Of a DNA stretch of 64,000 bases, positions 38,617 through 48,075 are shown one piece after another. The stretch covers positions 96,001 to 160,000 of the forward strand of contig JAVVGF010000001.1 in the NCBI GenBank assembly GCA_032249235.1. The letters are read 5' to 3'. The notes beneath the pieces were generated by a model. It was not told the DNA's origin and did not search any database. It saw only the letters and a program-made list of their open reading frames with translations. Origin of the DNA: Thermoproteota archaeon. Lineage in GTDB: Archaea > Thermoproteota > Thermoprotei > Gearchaeales > Gearchaeaceae. The first letter of the stretch is position 1; each line of letters starts with the position of its first letter. Position numbers and translations under genes: made by a program.

Positions 38617-38878
38617 CATTTCTGAAGAACTATTAGGAAGTAAATGGAAAATAAGATTGATAAAAGAACTCATAAATGAAGGAGAAATCAATATAAGTGC
38701 TTTAGTAAAACGTTCACGTTCTTTTTTTAAAAATGCCACAGCATATTTAGATTTCTTGAAAGAACTAGGTATTGTTAAAGAGAAAAGATTCGGGAAAGTT
38801 AGGATAGTAATAGTAAATCAAAATTCAGAAACTTATGTTTTGCTAAAAAGATTACTTGACATATTAGATAAAAGCTAG
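38603..38878 (+). CDS. Small winged-helix (ArsR-like) protein
   Basis: LLGSK..IR.IK.L...GEINIS.L.....L..LGIV.E.RFG..RI; overlaps the cdc6 stop. Confidence 0.8.
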   Translation: MSKHSISEELLGSKWKIRLIKELINEGEINISALVKRSRSFFKNATAYLDFLKELGIVKEKRFGKVRIVIVNQNSETYVLLKRLLDILDKS

Positions 38879-38917
38879 AAAGTTTATTTCAATTTAAAAA
38901 GAATTAATTAAGGAGGA

Positions 38918-39886
38918 ATGAGTGAAGAATTACTTTGGATAGAAAAATATCGTCCTAAAAGATTAGATGACATAGTAAACCAGGAAGACGTAGTAAGAAG
39001 TTTGAAAAAATTGATAGAAGAAAAAAACATGCCCCATTTATTGTTTACAGGTCCGCCTGGCGTAGGTAAGACTGCTACAGCTTTAGCATTTGTTCGAGAT
39101 TTATATGGTGAGGAATGGAGAAATAATGTACTTGAGCTCAATGCAAGCGACGAAAGAGGAATAGATACCATAAGAGAGAAGATTAGGGAAAGATTTGCAA
39201 AAACGTTGCCTTTGGGCGATATTCCTTTCAAAATAGTTATTTTAGATGAAAGCGATGCCATGACCAGCGAGGCTCAAACAGCATTGAGAAGGATAATGGA
39301 AATATATGCAAAGAATATTCGTTTCATTTTAACATGCAATTATGGCAATAGAATTATAGAACCTATTCAATCTAGAACTGTTGTATTGAGATTTTCTCCT
39401 CTTGAAAAAGAACATGTAATAAAAAGGCTTCTATTTATTGCTCAAAATGAGAAAGTAAAAGTAAGTAACGAAGCATTAGAAGTGATTTATGATTTAAGCG
39501 GAGGAGATTTAAGAAGAGCAATCAATTTACTTCAGAGCTCTTCGCTTTTTGGCGAGGTAACACCTGAAATAGTATATAAAGTAGCAGGTGCAGTTAAACC
39601 TAGAGAAGTAAGAGCAATATTCGATAATCTTCTGAAAGGAGATTTCGAAAGTGCTAGGAATGCTATTCTTAAAATGTTATTCAACGACGGAATCTCAGGC
39701 TCCGAGATAATATATCATTTATATCGTGAAACATATAGATTAAACGTACCTGATGAATGCAAACTACAATTGATCGAAATTCTTGGAGATTATGAATATC
39801 GAATTCTCGAAGGTTCCAGCGAAGAAATACAATTAAATTCAATGCTTGCACGAATGCAATTAATATTGAGAAATTATACTAGATGA
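38918..39886 (+). CDS. rfcS: Replication factor C small subunit
   Basis: WIEKYRP, GPPGVGKT, LNASDERGI, DE.D.MT..AQ.ALRR, IQSR; SD-like AGGAGG upstream. Confidence 0.97.
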   Translation: MSEELLWIEKYRPKRLDDIVNQEDVVRSLKKLIEEKNMPHLLFTGPPGVGKTATALAFVRDLYGEEWRNNVLELNASDERGIDTIREKIRERFAKTLPLGDIPFKIVILDESDAMTSEAQTALRRIMEIYAKNIRFILTCNYGNRIIEPIQSRTVVLRFSPLEKEHVIKRLLFIAQNEKVKVSNEALEVIYDLSGGDLRRAINLLQSSSLFGEVTPEIVYKVAGAVKPREVRAIFDNLLKGDFESARNAILKMLFNDGISGSEIIYHLYRETYRLNVPDECKLQLIEILGDYEYRILEGSSEEIQLNSMLARMQLILRNYTR

Positions 39887-41142
39887 GCATTAGGAGGGAA
39901 GAAATCTGGACTATTAAGCATAAACCAAAAAGAATTGAGGATATCGTAGGTAATGAAGAAGCAAAAAAAGCATTTCTAGATTGGTTAAATATATGGCTCA
40001 AGGGTAAAGTTCCAGTAAAGAAAGCTATATTGTTGTACGGTCCTCCTGGTATAGGTAAGACATTATTGGCAGAAACAGCAGCCTTGCAATTCAATTTAGA
40101 ATTGATTGAAATAAATGCTGGCGACATTTATAGCGTAGAATTCGTCAAGAAAACTGCTTTGGCAACGAGCAAAGAGACAAGCTTTGTTAATAAAACTAAA
40201 TTAATATTAGTCGATGAGCTAGATAGCATTGAAGGACCTAAAGCGAATTATGTTTTATCTGTGCTCGTTGATTTGATTAAAGAATCGAGATATCCTGTTG
40301 TTCTAATTGCAAACGACGGATGGAAGCCAAACTTATTCCAAATTAGAAATTTGTGCTTGATGATTGAGATGAAAAGACTTTCTACAAGATTGATTGTGAA
40401 TTATTTAGCAAACATATGCAAGAAAGAAAACTTGAAGTATGAAGAAGAAGCATTGAAAATCATTGCAGAAAGATCTGAAGGAGACATGAGAAGTGCAATA
40501 TTAGATTTGCAGTTTTGTTCTATTTTTGGAAGAATAGGTGTAAGAGAAGTCAATTTGTTATCTCCTAAAGATAGACAAAGCGATGTTTTTAATTCTATAA
40601 GGAAATTAATTTATGCAACTAATTTATTCTCTGCAAAAAGCGTATTAGATGAATTTCCTTATGATCAAGATACGCTATTACTATGGATCGAGGAGAATTT
40701 GTTTAGATTTTATACAAATCCTAAAGATTTAGCTTTGGCTTATGATAAGTTGTCAAAGGCAGATATATACAGAGCTAGGGCTAATAAAGAGCGATATTGG
40801 CGCTTCTTGCTATACTTTTCAGATTTGATTACAGCAGGAGTTGCATTATCGAAATCACAAAAGCCTACCTATGCAAAAATGCAATTTCCTCAGACGCTTA
40901 AAGTATTATCTAGCCAAAAAAGAATTAGGGAGCTAAGAGATGCGCTTTTAGAAAAAATTTCTAAGAAAAATCATCTTTCGAAATCTAAAGCCTTGAATGA
41001 GATCTTTTGGTATTTACCTGTAATGTTTAAAAATGAAAAGTTTGCAAACGATTTCATCAAAAAATATGAGGTAAACGATGAACTAGCTGATTATTTGAAA
41101 AATCTATCTTCAAATATTGACTTGAAATTAAAAACTAAATAG
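39883..41142 (+). CDS. rfcL: Replication factor C large subunit
   Basis: W..KHKP, GPPGIGKT, DELD, GDMRSAI.DLQ, WIEEN, LSKAD. Confidence 0.95.
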   Translation: MSIRREEIWTIKHKPKRIEDIVGNEEAKKAFLDWLNIWLKGKVPVKKAILLYGPPGIGKTLLAETAALQFNLELIEINAGDIYSVEFVKKTALATSKETSFVNKTKLILVDELDSIEGPKANYVLSVLVDLIKESRYPVVLIANDGWKPNLFQIRNLCLMIEMKRLSTRLIVNYLANICKKENLKYEEEALKIIAERSEGDMRSAILDLQFCSIFGRIGVREVNLLSPKDRQSDVFNSIRKLIYATNLFSAKSVLDEFPYDQDTLLLWIEENLFRFYTNPKDLALAYDKLSKADIYRARANKERYWRFLLYFSDLITAGVALSKSQKPTYAKMQFPQTLKVLSSQKRIRELRDALLEKISKKNHLSKSKALNEIFWYLPVMFKNEKFANDFIKKYEVNDELADYLKNLSSNIDLKLKTK

Positions 41143-42147
41143 CTTCCATAATTCTTCTTCCTCATCTTCTTTCATAACATCGATTATTCCATCTTTACTT
41201 ACTATTTCGCAACCGGATTCCTTCAATTCTCCTATGATTGAATATGCTATCTTATTTCTTTTCATAAATTCTTCGAAATCATCTTTTTTATTCTTTTTTA
41301 TTACGCAAATCATGCAACCTGAACTTAAAGATTTCAATGGATTCAGATTCAATTCTTTTAATATTTTCTTAGTTAAATCTAGGATTAACATCTTTTCTTC
41401 ATAAACTTTAAATCCTACCTCTAAAAATTCAGCTAATTCTTTCAAAGCTACAATCATTCCTCCTTCTGTTGGATCATGTGCATAAACAGCTAACCTATTC
41501 TCAAAAATTTTTAAGCCTACATCATATATAGAAAGTTCTTCGATTAGTTTCTTTGCTTCCTCTATTTCTTCCTTCTTGATTTTGCTGGAAAGTTTATCTT
41601 CGTAATCGTAAGCTAATATTGCAGTGGCTTCAAGAGCTAATGGCTTAATTTGAACAATCAAATATTCCTCTGGCTTTTCTTTTATCCTTTTTAATTCTTT
41701 TAATCTTTCTTCATAATCTTCTAACATCTCTCCAACTATCGTCGTTACTACCAAGGGATTATTGACGATAGGACTGAATTCTACATGTCCTCCTACAATA
41801 GAGATGTTCATTTTTCTAGCTATGTTGCTTGCCTGTTCTTGTATTTCCTCAGCATCTTCTATTGAAGAGTTTTGTGGCAAAATTATGCATAGCGTTGCGA
41901 ACTTTGGTTTAGCACCAATAGCTACAATATCATTACTTGCAATCATCATAGCAAGTTTTCCAATATTCTTCTTTGCTCCTGTTATAGGATCACTATGGAT
42001 CGCTATAACTTCTTTTGTTTTCAAAATCGCAGAATCTGCACCTACCTTAGGTCCTAGTAAAACTTCTTTGCCTAGTATTCCTACTTTATTCAAAATTTTT
42101 TCTCTTATTTCCTTTATTCTCAATTTTCCTAGTCTTTTATTTTCCAT
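41128..42147 (-). CDS. AIR synthase-related (PurM/HypE-like) protein
   Basis: GP.VG.DSA, DPITGA, NDI...GA.P, VGGH.E, HDPTEGG, SSG. Confidence 0.85.
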   Translation of the reverse strand: MENKRLGKLRIKEIREKILNKVGILGKEVLLGPKVGADSAILKTKEVIAIHSDPITGAKKNIGKLAMMIASNDIVAIGAKPKFATLCIILPQNSSIEDAEEIQEQASNIARKMNISIVGGHVEFSPIVNNPLVVTTIVGEMLEDYEERLKELKRIKEKPEEYLIVQIKPLALEATAILAYDYEDKLSSKIKKEEIEEAKKLIEELSIYDVGLKIFENRLAVYAHDPTEGGMIVALKELAEFLEVGFKVYEEKMLILDLTKKILKELNLNPLKSLSSGCMICVIKKNKKDDFEEFMKRNKIAYSIIGELKESGCEIVSKDGIIDVMKEDEEEELWKLFSF

Positions 42148-42184
42148 GATATGATTTTTTATCTAAAAAGGAAGTTATAATTAG

Positions 42185-42724
42185 ATGGAGGAGTTATTGA
42201 TTGAGAATTATTTCAGTTATGAAACATCAAAAGTTAAAGTTAAGGTTCTGAAGGATCATGCTCAGGTAACTTTCTTAGGTAATGTATATGGACCTTTTAT
42301 CAAAGATAAGGAAATAGAATTACCTAGAGCCTTAGCTAGGATTTTAGCAAGTGAAGGGATAACAGAATATCCCCATCCTCAAATTACTTTCGATGATATA
42401 AGGAAAAGGCATCATCAGGAAAGACAAGCTAAGAATGAATTGAAAAAATTAGAAGAAGATTTTTATTTACAGGCTAAAGATCTAATATTTCTTGCTGAGA
42501 AAAAAATAATAAATGAGAATCCTAAAGAAATAAAACAGCTTATAAATGAAATATGTCTTGTGAGATTAGAGAAAATGATGAGGGGGATCTTATATGTTGA
42601 AGATTTCAATAAGATATCACAGCTTCTAACTTATGAAGAGCGATATCTCTTTTCATCATTAAGAGAAATAATTAGAACATGGTTAGATGACGTATTGAAT
42701 AATGCTATCTTGAGAAAAGTATAA
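42185..42724 (+). CDS. GINS complex subunit (Gins23-type)
   Basis: N-terminal beta domain (VKVLKD...GPF...ELP...A..L) then helical domain (L.EDFY, R..K, LT.EE); directly upstream of mcm. Confidence 0.85.
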   Translation: MEELLIENYFSYETSKVKVKVLKDHAQVTFLGNVYGPFIKDKEIELPRALARILASEGITEYPHPQITFDDIRKRHHQERQAKNELKKLEEDFYLQAKDLIFLAEKKIINENPKEIKQLINEICLVRLEKMMRGILYVEDFNKISQLLTYEERYLFSSLREIIRTWLDDVLNNAILRKV

Positions 42725-44763
42725 TGGGACAGGAAATAAAGGATTACAAGCAACTTTATAAAAAATTTTTTAAAGAATATACTGAAGAGGATAAGCCTGT
42801 TTATTTATCGAAGATAGGAGAAATGATTTTCTTGAACAATAGATCACTAACAATTTCTCATAAACATTTATTTTTCTTCGATAAAGAATTAGGCGACTTA
42901 CTTCTTAGGAATCCTGAAGAACAATTATATTTTGCTGAAGAGGCTTTGAAAGAGATTATAATTGAAAAAGATGAGGAGTTTCTAGAAAAAGCTAAAAAGA
43001 TTTTCGTAAGGGTTAAGGACATTTATCTTGATGAATACAGGCTAAAAATAAGGAACATTCGTGCAAATTACATAGGTTCTTTAATAGAAATTAGAGGAGT
43101 AGTAACGAAGAGCAGTGCAATCAGGCATAAACTCATAAGCGGAAAGTTCTTGTGCGATAGTTGTGGTAGTATATTTAGTGCAGATTTGGCTTCAATTAAG
43201 AAGATAGATGCAATTCGTTGCATTAATTGTGGTTCAAAAGTATCAAAGATATTAGAAAAGAACTTCATAGATGTTCAAAGAATAATAGTTCAAGAACCTT
43301 TAGAAGAAGTTCCTGCAGGCCAAATACCTAGAACAATAGAAGTATATCTTGAAGGGGATATTGTAGATTTAGCATATCCTGGAAATCATGTTACCATCAC
43401 AGGTATATTAAAAGAAAAAAGAGTTTCTTCACAAGATGAGCTTACTTTCTCATCTTATATTCACGCAGTAAACTTGGAAGTCAAGGAAAAAGGTTTTGAA
43501 GAAGAAGAAGTGACACAGGAAGATTTAGAAGCGATAGAAAAATTAAAATCAAATTACAGAAACATAGGTGATGCAATAGTTGATTCTATTGCTCCTTCAA
43601 TACATGGCTTAAGGCATATAAAGAAAGCTTTAGCCCTTCAGCTATTTGGTGGTGTGCCAAAATTAATGCCAGATGGTGTTAGGATAAGAGGAGATATCCA
43701 TATTTGTCTAGTAGGTGATCCAGGTACTGCGAAAACACAACTTCTTCGCTATATGGTTCAATTAGCACCAAAAGGCATCTATACTACAGGCAAAGGAGTT
43801 TCGGCAGCAGGTTTAACAGCTGCTGTAGTAAGAGATAAATCTTCTGGAGAATTCTATTTAGAAGCTGGTGCATTAGTTTTAGCTGATCAAGGATTGGCTG
43901 CAATAGATGAAGTCGATAAAATGAGGAATGAAGATAGAGTAGCTATGCATGAAGCGATGGAACAGCAAACAGTGAGCATTGCAAAAGCGGGAATTGTAGC
44001 AACACTTAATGCTCGTTGTGCTATACTTGCAGCAGCGAATCCTTCACTAGGTAGATTTGAGAGGAATAAAACAATAGCAGAAAACATAGATTTACCCATT
44101 ACTCTTCTTTCAAGATTCGATTTAATATTTCCCATCATAGATATTCCAAGCAAAGAAAGCGATGCTAAACTTGCATTACATATCTTAGCTATTCATTCAA
44201 ATAGCGAAGAACCATTCAAGAATATTATCCCGCCTGAACTTCTCAGAAAATATGTAATATATGCGAGGAAGACGATTCATCCTAAATTATCTCAAGATGC
44301 TCAAAAAGAAATTTATGATTTTTATTTGAAAATGAGAGAAATCTCAACAGAAGGACCTGTTGCAATAACACCTAGACAGCTGGAAGCATTAATAAGATTA
44401 ACAGAAGCCCATGCTAGAATGAATTTGAGGAATGAGGCTACAAATGAAGATGCTAGAGAAGCCATAAATCTTATGAAATACATGATGGATACCACAATGA
44501 TAGATTATGCAACTAGAAAAGTTGATGTAGATATTTTAATGTCAGGATTACCTAAATCACAAAGAGATAAATTTGTAAAAATTAGGGATATATTGACTGA
44601 ATTAAATTACGAAAGAGAAGCAGTTGATCTACAAGAAGTGTTGCAAAGAGCTGAAAAGGAAGGGATACCTAGCGAGGAAGCTAGGAAAATAATTGAAAAG
44701 ATGAAAAACGAAGGTGATATTTTTGAGCCTAAAAAAGGTTTCATTAAGAAAACTCCTTCTTGA
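42724..44763 (+). CDS. mcm: MCM replicative helicase
   Basis: C4 zinc finger, GDPGTAKTQ, IDEVDKM, HEAMEQQ, LLSRFD, TPRQLE; no intein. Confidence 0.98.
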   Translation: MGQEIKDYKQLYKKFFKEYTEEDKPVYLSKIGEMIFLNNRSLTISHKHLFFFDKELGDLLLRNPEEQLYFAEEALKEIIIEKDEEFLEKAKKIFVRVKDIYLDEYRLKIRNIRANYIGSLIEIRGVVTKSSAIRHKLISGKFLCDSCGSIFSADLASIKKIDAIRCINCGSKVSKILEKNFIDVQRIIVQEPLEEVPAGQIPRTIEVYLEGDIVDLAYPGNHVTITGILKEKRVSSQDELTFSSYIHAVNLEVKEKGFEEEEVTQEDLEAIEKLKSNYRNIGDAIVDSIAPSIHGLRHIKKALALQLFGGVPKLMPDGVRIRGDIHICLVGDPGTAKTQLLRYMVQLAPKGIYTTGKGVSAAGLTAAVVRDKSSGEFYLEAGALVLADQGLAAIDEVDKMRNEDRVAMHEAMEQQTVSIAKAGIVATLNARCAILAAANPSLGRFERNKTIAENIDLPITLLSRFDLIFPIIDIPSKESDAKLALHILAIHSNSEEPFKNIIPPELLRKYVIYARKTIHPKLSQDAQKEIYDFYLKMREISTEGPVAITPRQLEALIRLTEAHARMNLRNEATNEDAREAINLMKYMMDTTMIDYATRKVDVDILMSGLPKSQRDKFVKIRDILTELNYEREAVDLQEVLQRAEKEGIPSEEARKIIEKMKNEGDIFEPKKGFIKKTPS

Positions 44764-46892
44764 AATTGGATATTTCAGAATTAGAAAAATTTGGAATTCC
44801 TTCAGAACATATAAATAAGTTAAAAGAAAACGGCTATGTTAGTTTATATCCTCCTCAAATTTTAGCAATAGAAAAAGGAGTTTTAGATTTTAGGAATGTA
44901 TTGTTAGCAACTCCTACAGCTTCAGGAAAGACATTCGTTGCGATATTAGCGAGCATTAAGCATTTAATAAATGGAGGAAAAGTTTTATATTTATGTCCTT
45001 TAAGGGCCCTTGCTTCAGAGAAATATGAAGAATTCAAAAATTTACTTGAATTCAAGACTGCATTATCGATAGGAGACTATGACAGTGAAGATCCATGGTT
45101 GAAGAATTACGATGTAATCATAAGCACATATGAAAAGGCAGATAGTTTATTGCGACACAAAGCTCCATGGATAAGCGATGTATCACTAGTAGTTATAGAC
45201 GAAATACATATGCTTGATAGCGATCGAGGGCCTACACTTGAATTTCTAATAGCTAGATTAAAGAAGCAAGTTAAAGATGCACAGTTCATTGCATTAAGCG
45301 CAACTGCGGTAAATGCTAAAGAGTTGGCTGAATGGTTATCTGCAGAAGCAATTATAAGTAGTTGGAGACCGGTTCCTTTGAAAGAAGGAGTTTATAGAAA
45401 TGGTGTAATATATTATAAAGATAATTCTACTAAGAAAATACCTATTCGAAGTGGTATTGCTTTCATTGACTTAGCGCTTGATATCTTAGATGAGGGAGGA
45501 CAGGCTTTGATATTCAATTCAACAAGAGCAAATGCTATGAAGAATTCTGAGAGATTAAAAGATTTTGTTAAAAAATATCTGACCAAAGATGAATTGAAAG
45601 AGCTCAAAGCTCTTGCGGAAAAAATTGAAGAGAATGATTGGCTATCTTCAACACTTAAAGATCAAATAATCAACGGGGTTGCATTCCATCATGCAGGATT
45701 ATCTTATAATGCGAGAAGAATTGTTGAAGAAGGTTTTAGAAGTTCTCTTATAAAGGTAGTCTCATCTACCACAACATTAGGAGCAGGCATAAACGTTCCA
45801 GCTCGTAGGGTTATAATAAATGAAATATCAAGATATTCTGCAGGTCTTGGTTATTCAGAGATAATGACTGTTAATGAATATAAACAGCTTGCAGGAAGGG
45901 CAGGAAGGCCTAGATATGATATTTATGGCGAAGCGATCATTGTAGCAAAGGGGAAATATGATGTTGATATATTACTTGAAAATTACATCAAAGGTGAAGG
46001 AGAGCCTATTTCTTCGCAAATAAAAGATGAAAAGAGTCTGCGTTCCCATATTTTATCGTTGATAGCAAATGAAATAGTTACAAATGAAGAAGAATTGAAG
46101 AATATTTTGCGTGAAACTTTTGCTTCAAAGCAAGTTGGCATTCTATTTCTAGAAAGAATTGCAAATAAAGTAATCAATTATTTACAGCGTGCATCTTTCA
46201 TAGTTGTTAAAAATCATTACGTTGCTACTCCTTTGGGGAAAAGAGTTTCTGAATTATACATAGATCCTTTAACTGCTGAGCAAATAGTTAAAGGATTGAA
46301 GAATTTATCTTTTGAATATGTTAATGATGATTTCTATTATCTTTTATTGATATCTTCAACAGAAGACATGCAAAGATTATCAGTTTTTAAAAGCGAAATA
46401 GATATCTTGAGAGATGAATTGGAAATAATTAACAGGAAATATCCTTTCAAATTCGATATATATGAAGATGAATCACTTTCAATAATTAAAACAGCGAAGA
46501 TGTTAAAGAGTTGGATAGACGAAGAAAGAGAAGATGAGATTGCAGATAAATATAGTATTGGTTTAGGTGATTTGTACAATCTTATTCAAATTGCTAGTTG
46601 GATTTGTCATGCTGCAAAGGAAATCTCAAAATTGCTCGGTCATCAAGAAGCTTATAATAAATTGAGCAAGCTAGAAGAGAGAATTGAAAATGGTGTAAGA
46701 GAAGAACTTTTAGAATTAGTTAGAATACCTAAGATTGGAAGAATAAGAGCTAGAATTTTATACAATGCAGGCTTCAGAGATATAGAAAAGCTAAGCAAAG
46801 CTAAAGAAGAAGAAATAATTTCTTTGCCGATGATAGGGATCGAGACATACAAGAGCATAAAAGAATTCCTTACAAAAATGAAAACCTTTTAA
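44760..46892 (+). CDS. hel308: Hel308/Ski2-like SF2 helicase
   Basis: PTASGKT, DEIH, LSAT, FHHAGL, GRAGRP.YD, IGR.RAR.LY. Confidence 0.95.
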   Translation: MKLDISELEKFGIPSEHINKLKENGYVSLYPPQILAIEKGVLDFRNVLLATPTASGKTFVAILASIKHLINGGKVLYLCPLRALASEKYEEFKNLLEFKTALSIGDYDSEDPWLKNYDVIISTYEKADSLLRHKAPWISDVSLVVIDEIHMLDSDRGPTLEFLIARLKKQVKDAQFIALSATAVNAKELAEWLSAEAIISSWRPVPLKEGVYRNGVIYYKDNSTKKIPIRSGIAFIDLALDILDEGGQALIFNSTRANAMKNSERLKDFVKKYLTKDELKELKALAEKIEENDWLSSTLKDQIINGVAFHHAGLSYNARRIVEEGFRSSLIKVVSSTTTLGAGINVPARRVIINEISRYSAGLGYSEIMTVNEYKQLAGRAGRPRYDIYGEAIIVAKGKYDVDILLENYIKGEGEPISSQIKDEKSLRSHILSLIANEIVTNEEELKNILRETFASKQVGILFLERIANKVINYLQRASFIVVKNHYVATPLGKRVSELYIDPLTAEQIVKGLKNLSFEYVNDDFYYLLLISSTEDMQRLSVFKSEIDILRDELEIINRKYPFKFDIYEDESLSIIKTAKMLKSWIDEEREDEIADKYSIGLGDLYNLIQIASWICHAAKEISKLLGHQEAYNKLSKLEERIENGVREELLELVRIPKIGRIRARILYNAGFRDIEKLSKAKEEEIISLPMIGIETYKSIKEFLTKMKTF

Positions 46893-46911
46893 ATCTTCTC
46901 ATAATTCTTCA

Positions 46912-48075
46912 TTGATGTTGAGGATAATCCATACTGCAGATCTTCATTTGGGCATAAGCTTTTCAAACATTTCAAATTCTCCTTCATTTGAGAATATTAG
47001 ATTTCAAGATTTCTTCAAAAATTTTGAATACATAAAGGATTATGCCATAAAAAACAAAGCAGACTTATTCATAATTGCAGGAGATATTTTCCATAATCCA
47101 AGACCTTCAATAGAAGCTTTCAATGCTTTCTCGAAGATAATCGGAGATTTGATTAAAAATGGAATTCAAGTAGTTGTAACGCTAGGAAATCATGACAGTA
47201 GCAAAACTAGAGAGGCTTTGAGCTATTTAAAAAGTTATGTTAATGTTGGCCTAGAGCGTTTTATTCTCTTCGATGTTGCAAGCAAGAAGATTATAGCTCT
47301 GCATAATGGTGAGAAAGTTAAAATAATTGGATTGCCGTATCCTCATTTCCAATCTGCTTATTCATATCAAGAATTCGTTAGCTTCTTTGAAAATAAACTC
47401 CAAGAATTGAAAAGCAACGATACCGCAGACTATATGATAGTAGTAGGTCATATATTTGTAGAAGGAGGCAAGATTGGTTCTGAACAAAGGATTGCTTCAT
47501 TAAGAGATCATCCTATACCTAAGAGATTATTTAAGGATGTTGATGTTGCATGTTTAGGTCATCTTCATACACCTCAAGAATTAGATAGTAATATTCTATA
47601 TTCAGGTTCGATTGAAAGAATAGATTTCGGAGAAGAAAATGAAGAAAAAAGTTTCTTAGACATAATTTTAGGAAGCAAATTGGAATTTAAGCGAATTCCT
47701 TTGAAGCTAAGACCTATGAAGACTTTCTATCTTAATTTTGAAAATGCATCTATTAATGAAATAAGCGATAAAATTAAAGCACTCAAATTAGAAGAGGATT
47801 CAATAGTAAGATTAAGAATAGAAGTATCTAAGACCACAAATATTTCAGCCTCTTATATTGATAAAATTATAAGAGAGAATTTCAAGCTTGCAGGTTATAA
47901 AATTGAAATAACAAGAAAGAAAGTTGAAGAAACGAGGCTTGCAGCAAAAGCATCAAGTTTCAATGAATATCTTGAAAATTATTTGAGAATTAAATACAAG
48001 AAATCGGATGAATGGATAAGAAATGTAATCGAAGAAGCTAATAGAATTATTGAAGAAGTAAGGATTAAAAAATGA
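46912..48075 (+). CDS. mre11: Mre11/SbcD nuclease
   Basis: HTADLHLG, AGD.F, GNHD, GH, LGHLH, YSGSIERIDFGE. Confidence 0.92.
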   Translation: MMLRIIHTADLHLGISFSNISNSPSFENIRFQDFFKNFEYIKDYAIKNKADLFIIAGDIFHNPRPSIEAFNAFSKIIGDLIKNGIQVVVTLGNHDSSKTREALSYLKSYVNVGLERFILFDVASKKIIALHNGEKVKIIGLPYPHFQSAYSYQEFVSFFENKLQELKSNDTADYMIVVGHIFVEGGKIGSEQRIASLRDHPIPKRLFKDVDVACLGHLHTPQELDSNILYSGSIERIDFGEENEEKSFLDIILGSKLEFKRIPLKLRPMKTFYLNFENASINEISDKIKALKLEEDSIVRLRIEVSKTTNISASYIDKIIRENFKLAGYKIEITRKKVEETRLAAKASSFNEYLENYLRIKYKKSDEWIRNVIEEANRIIEEVRIKK

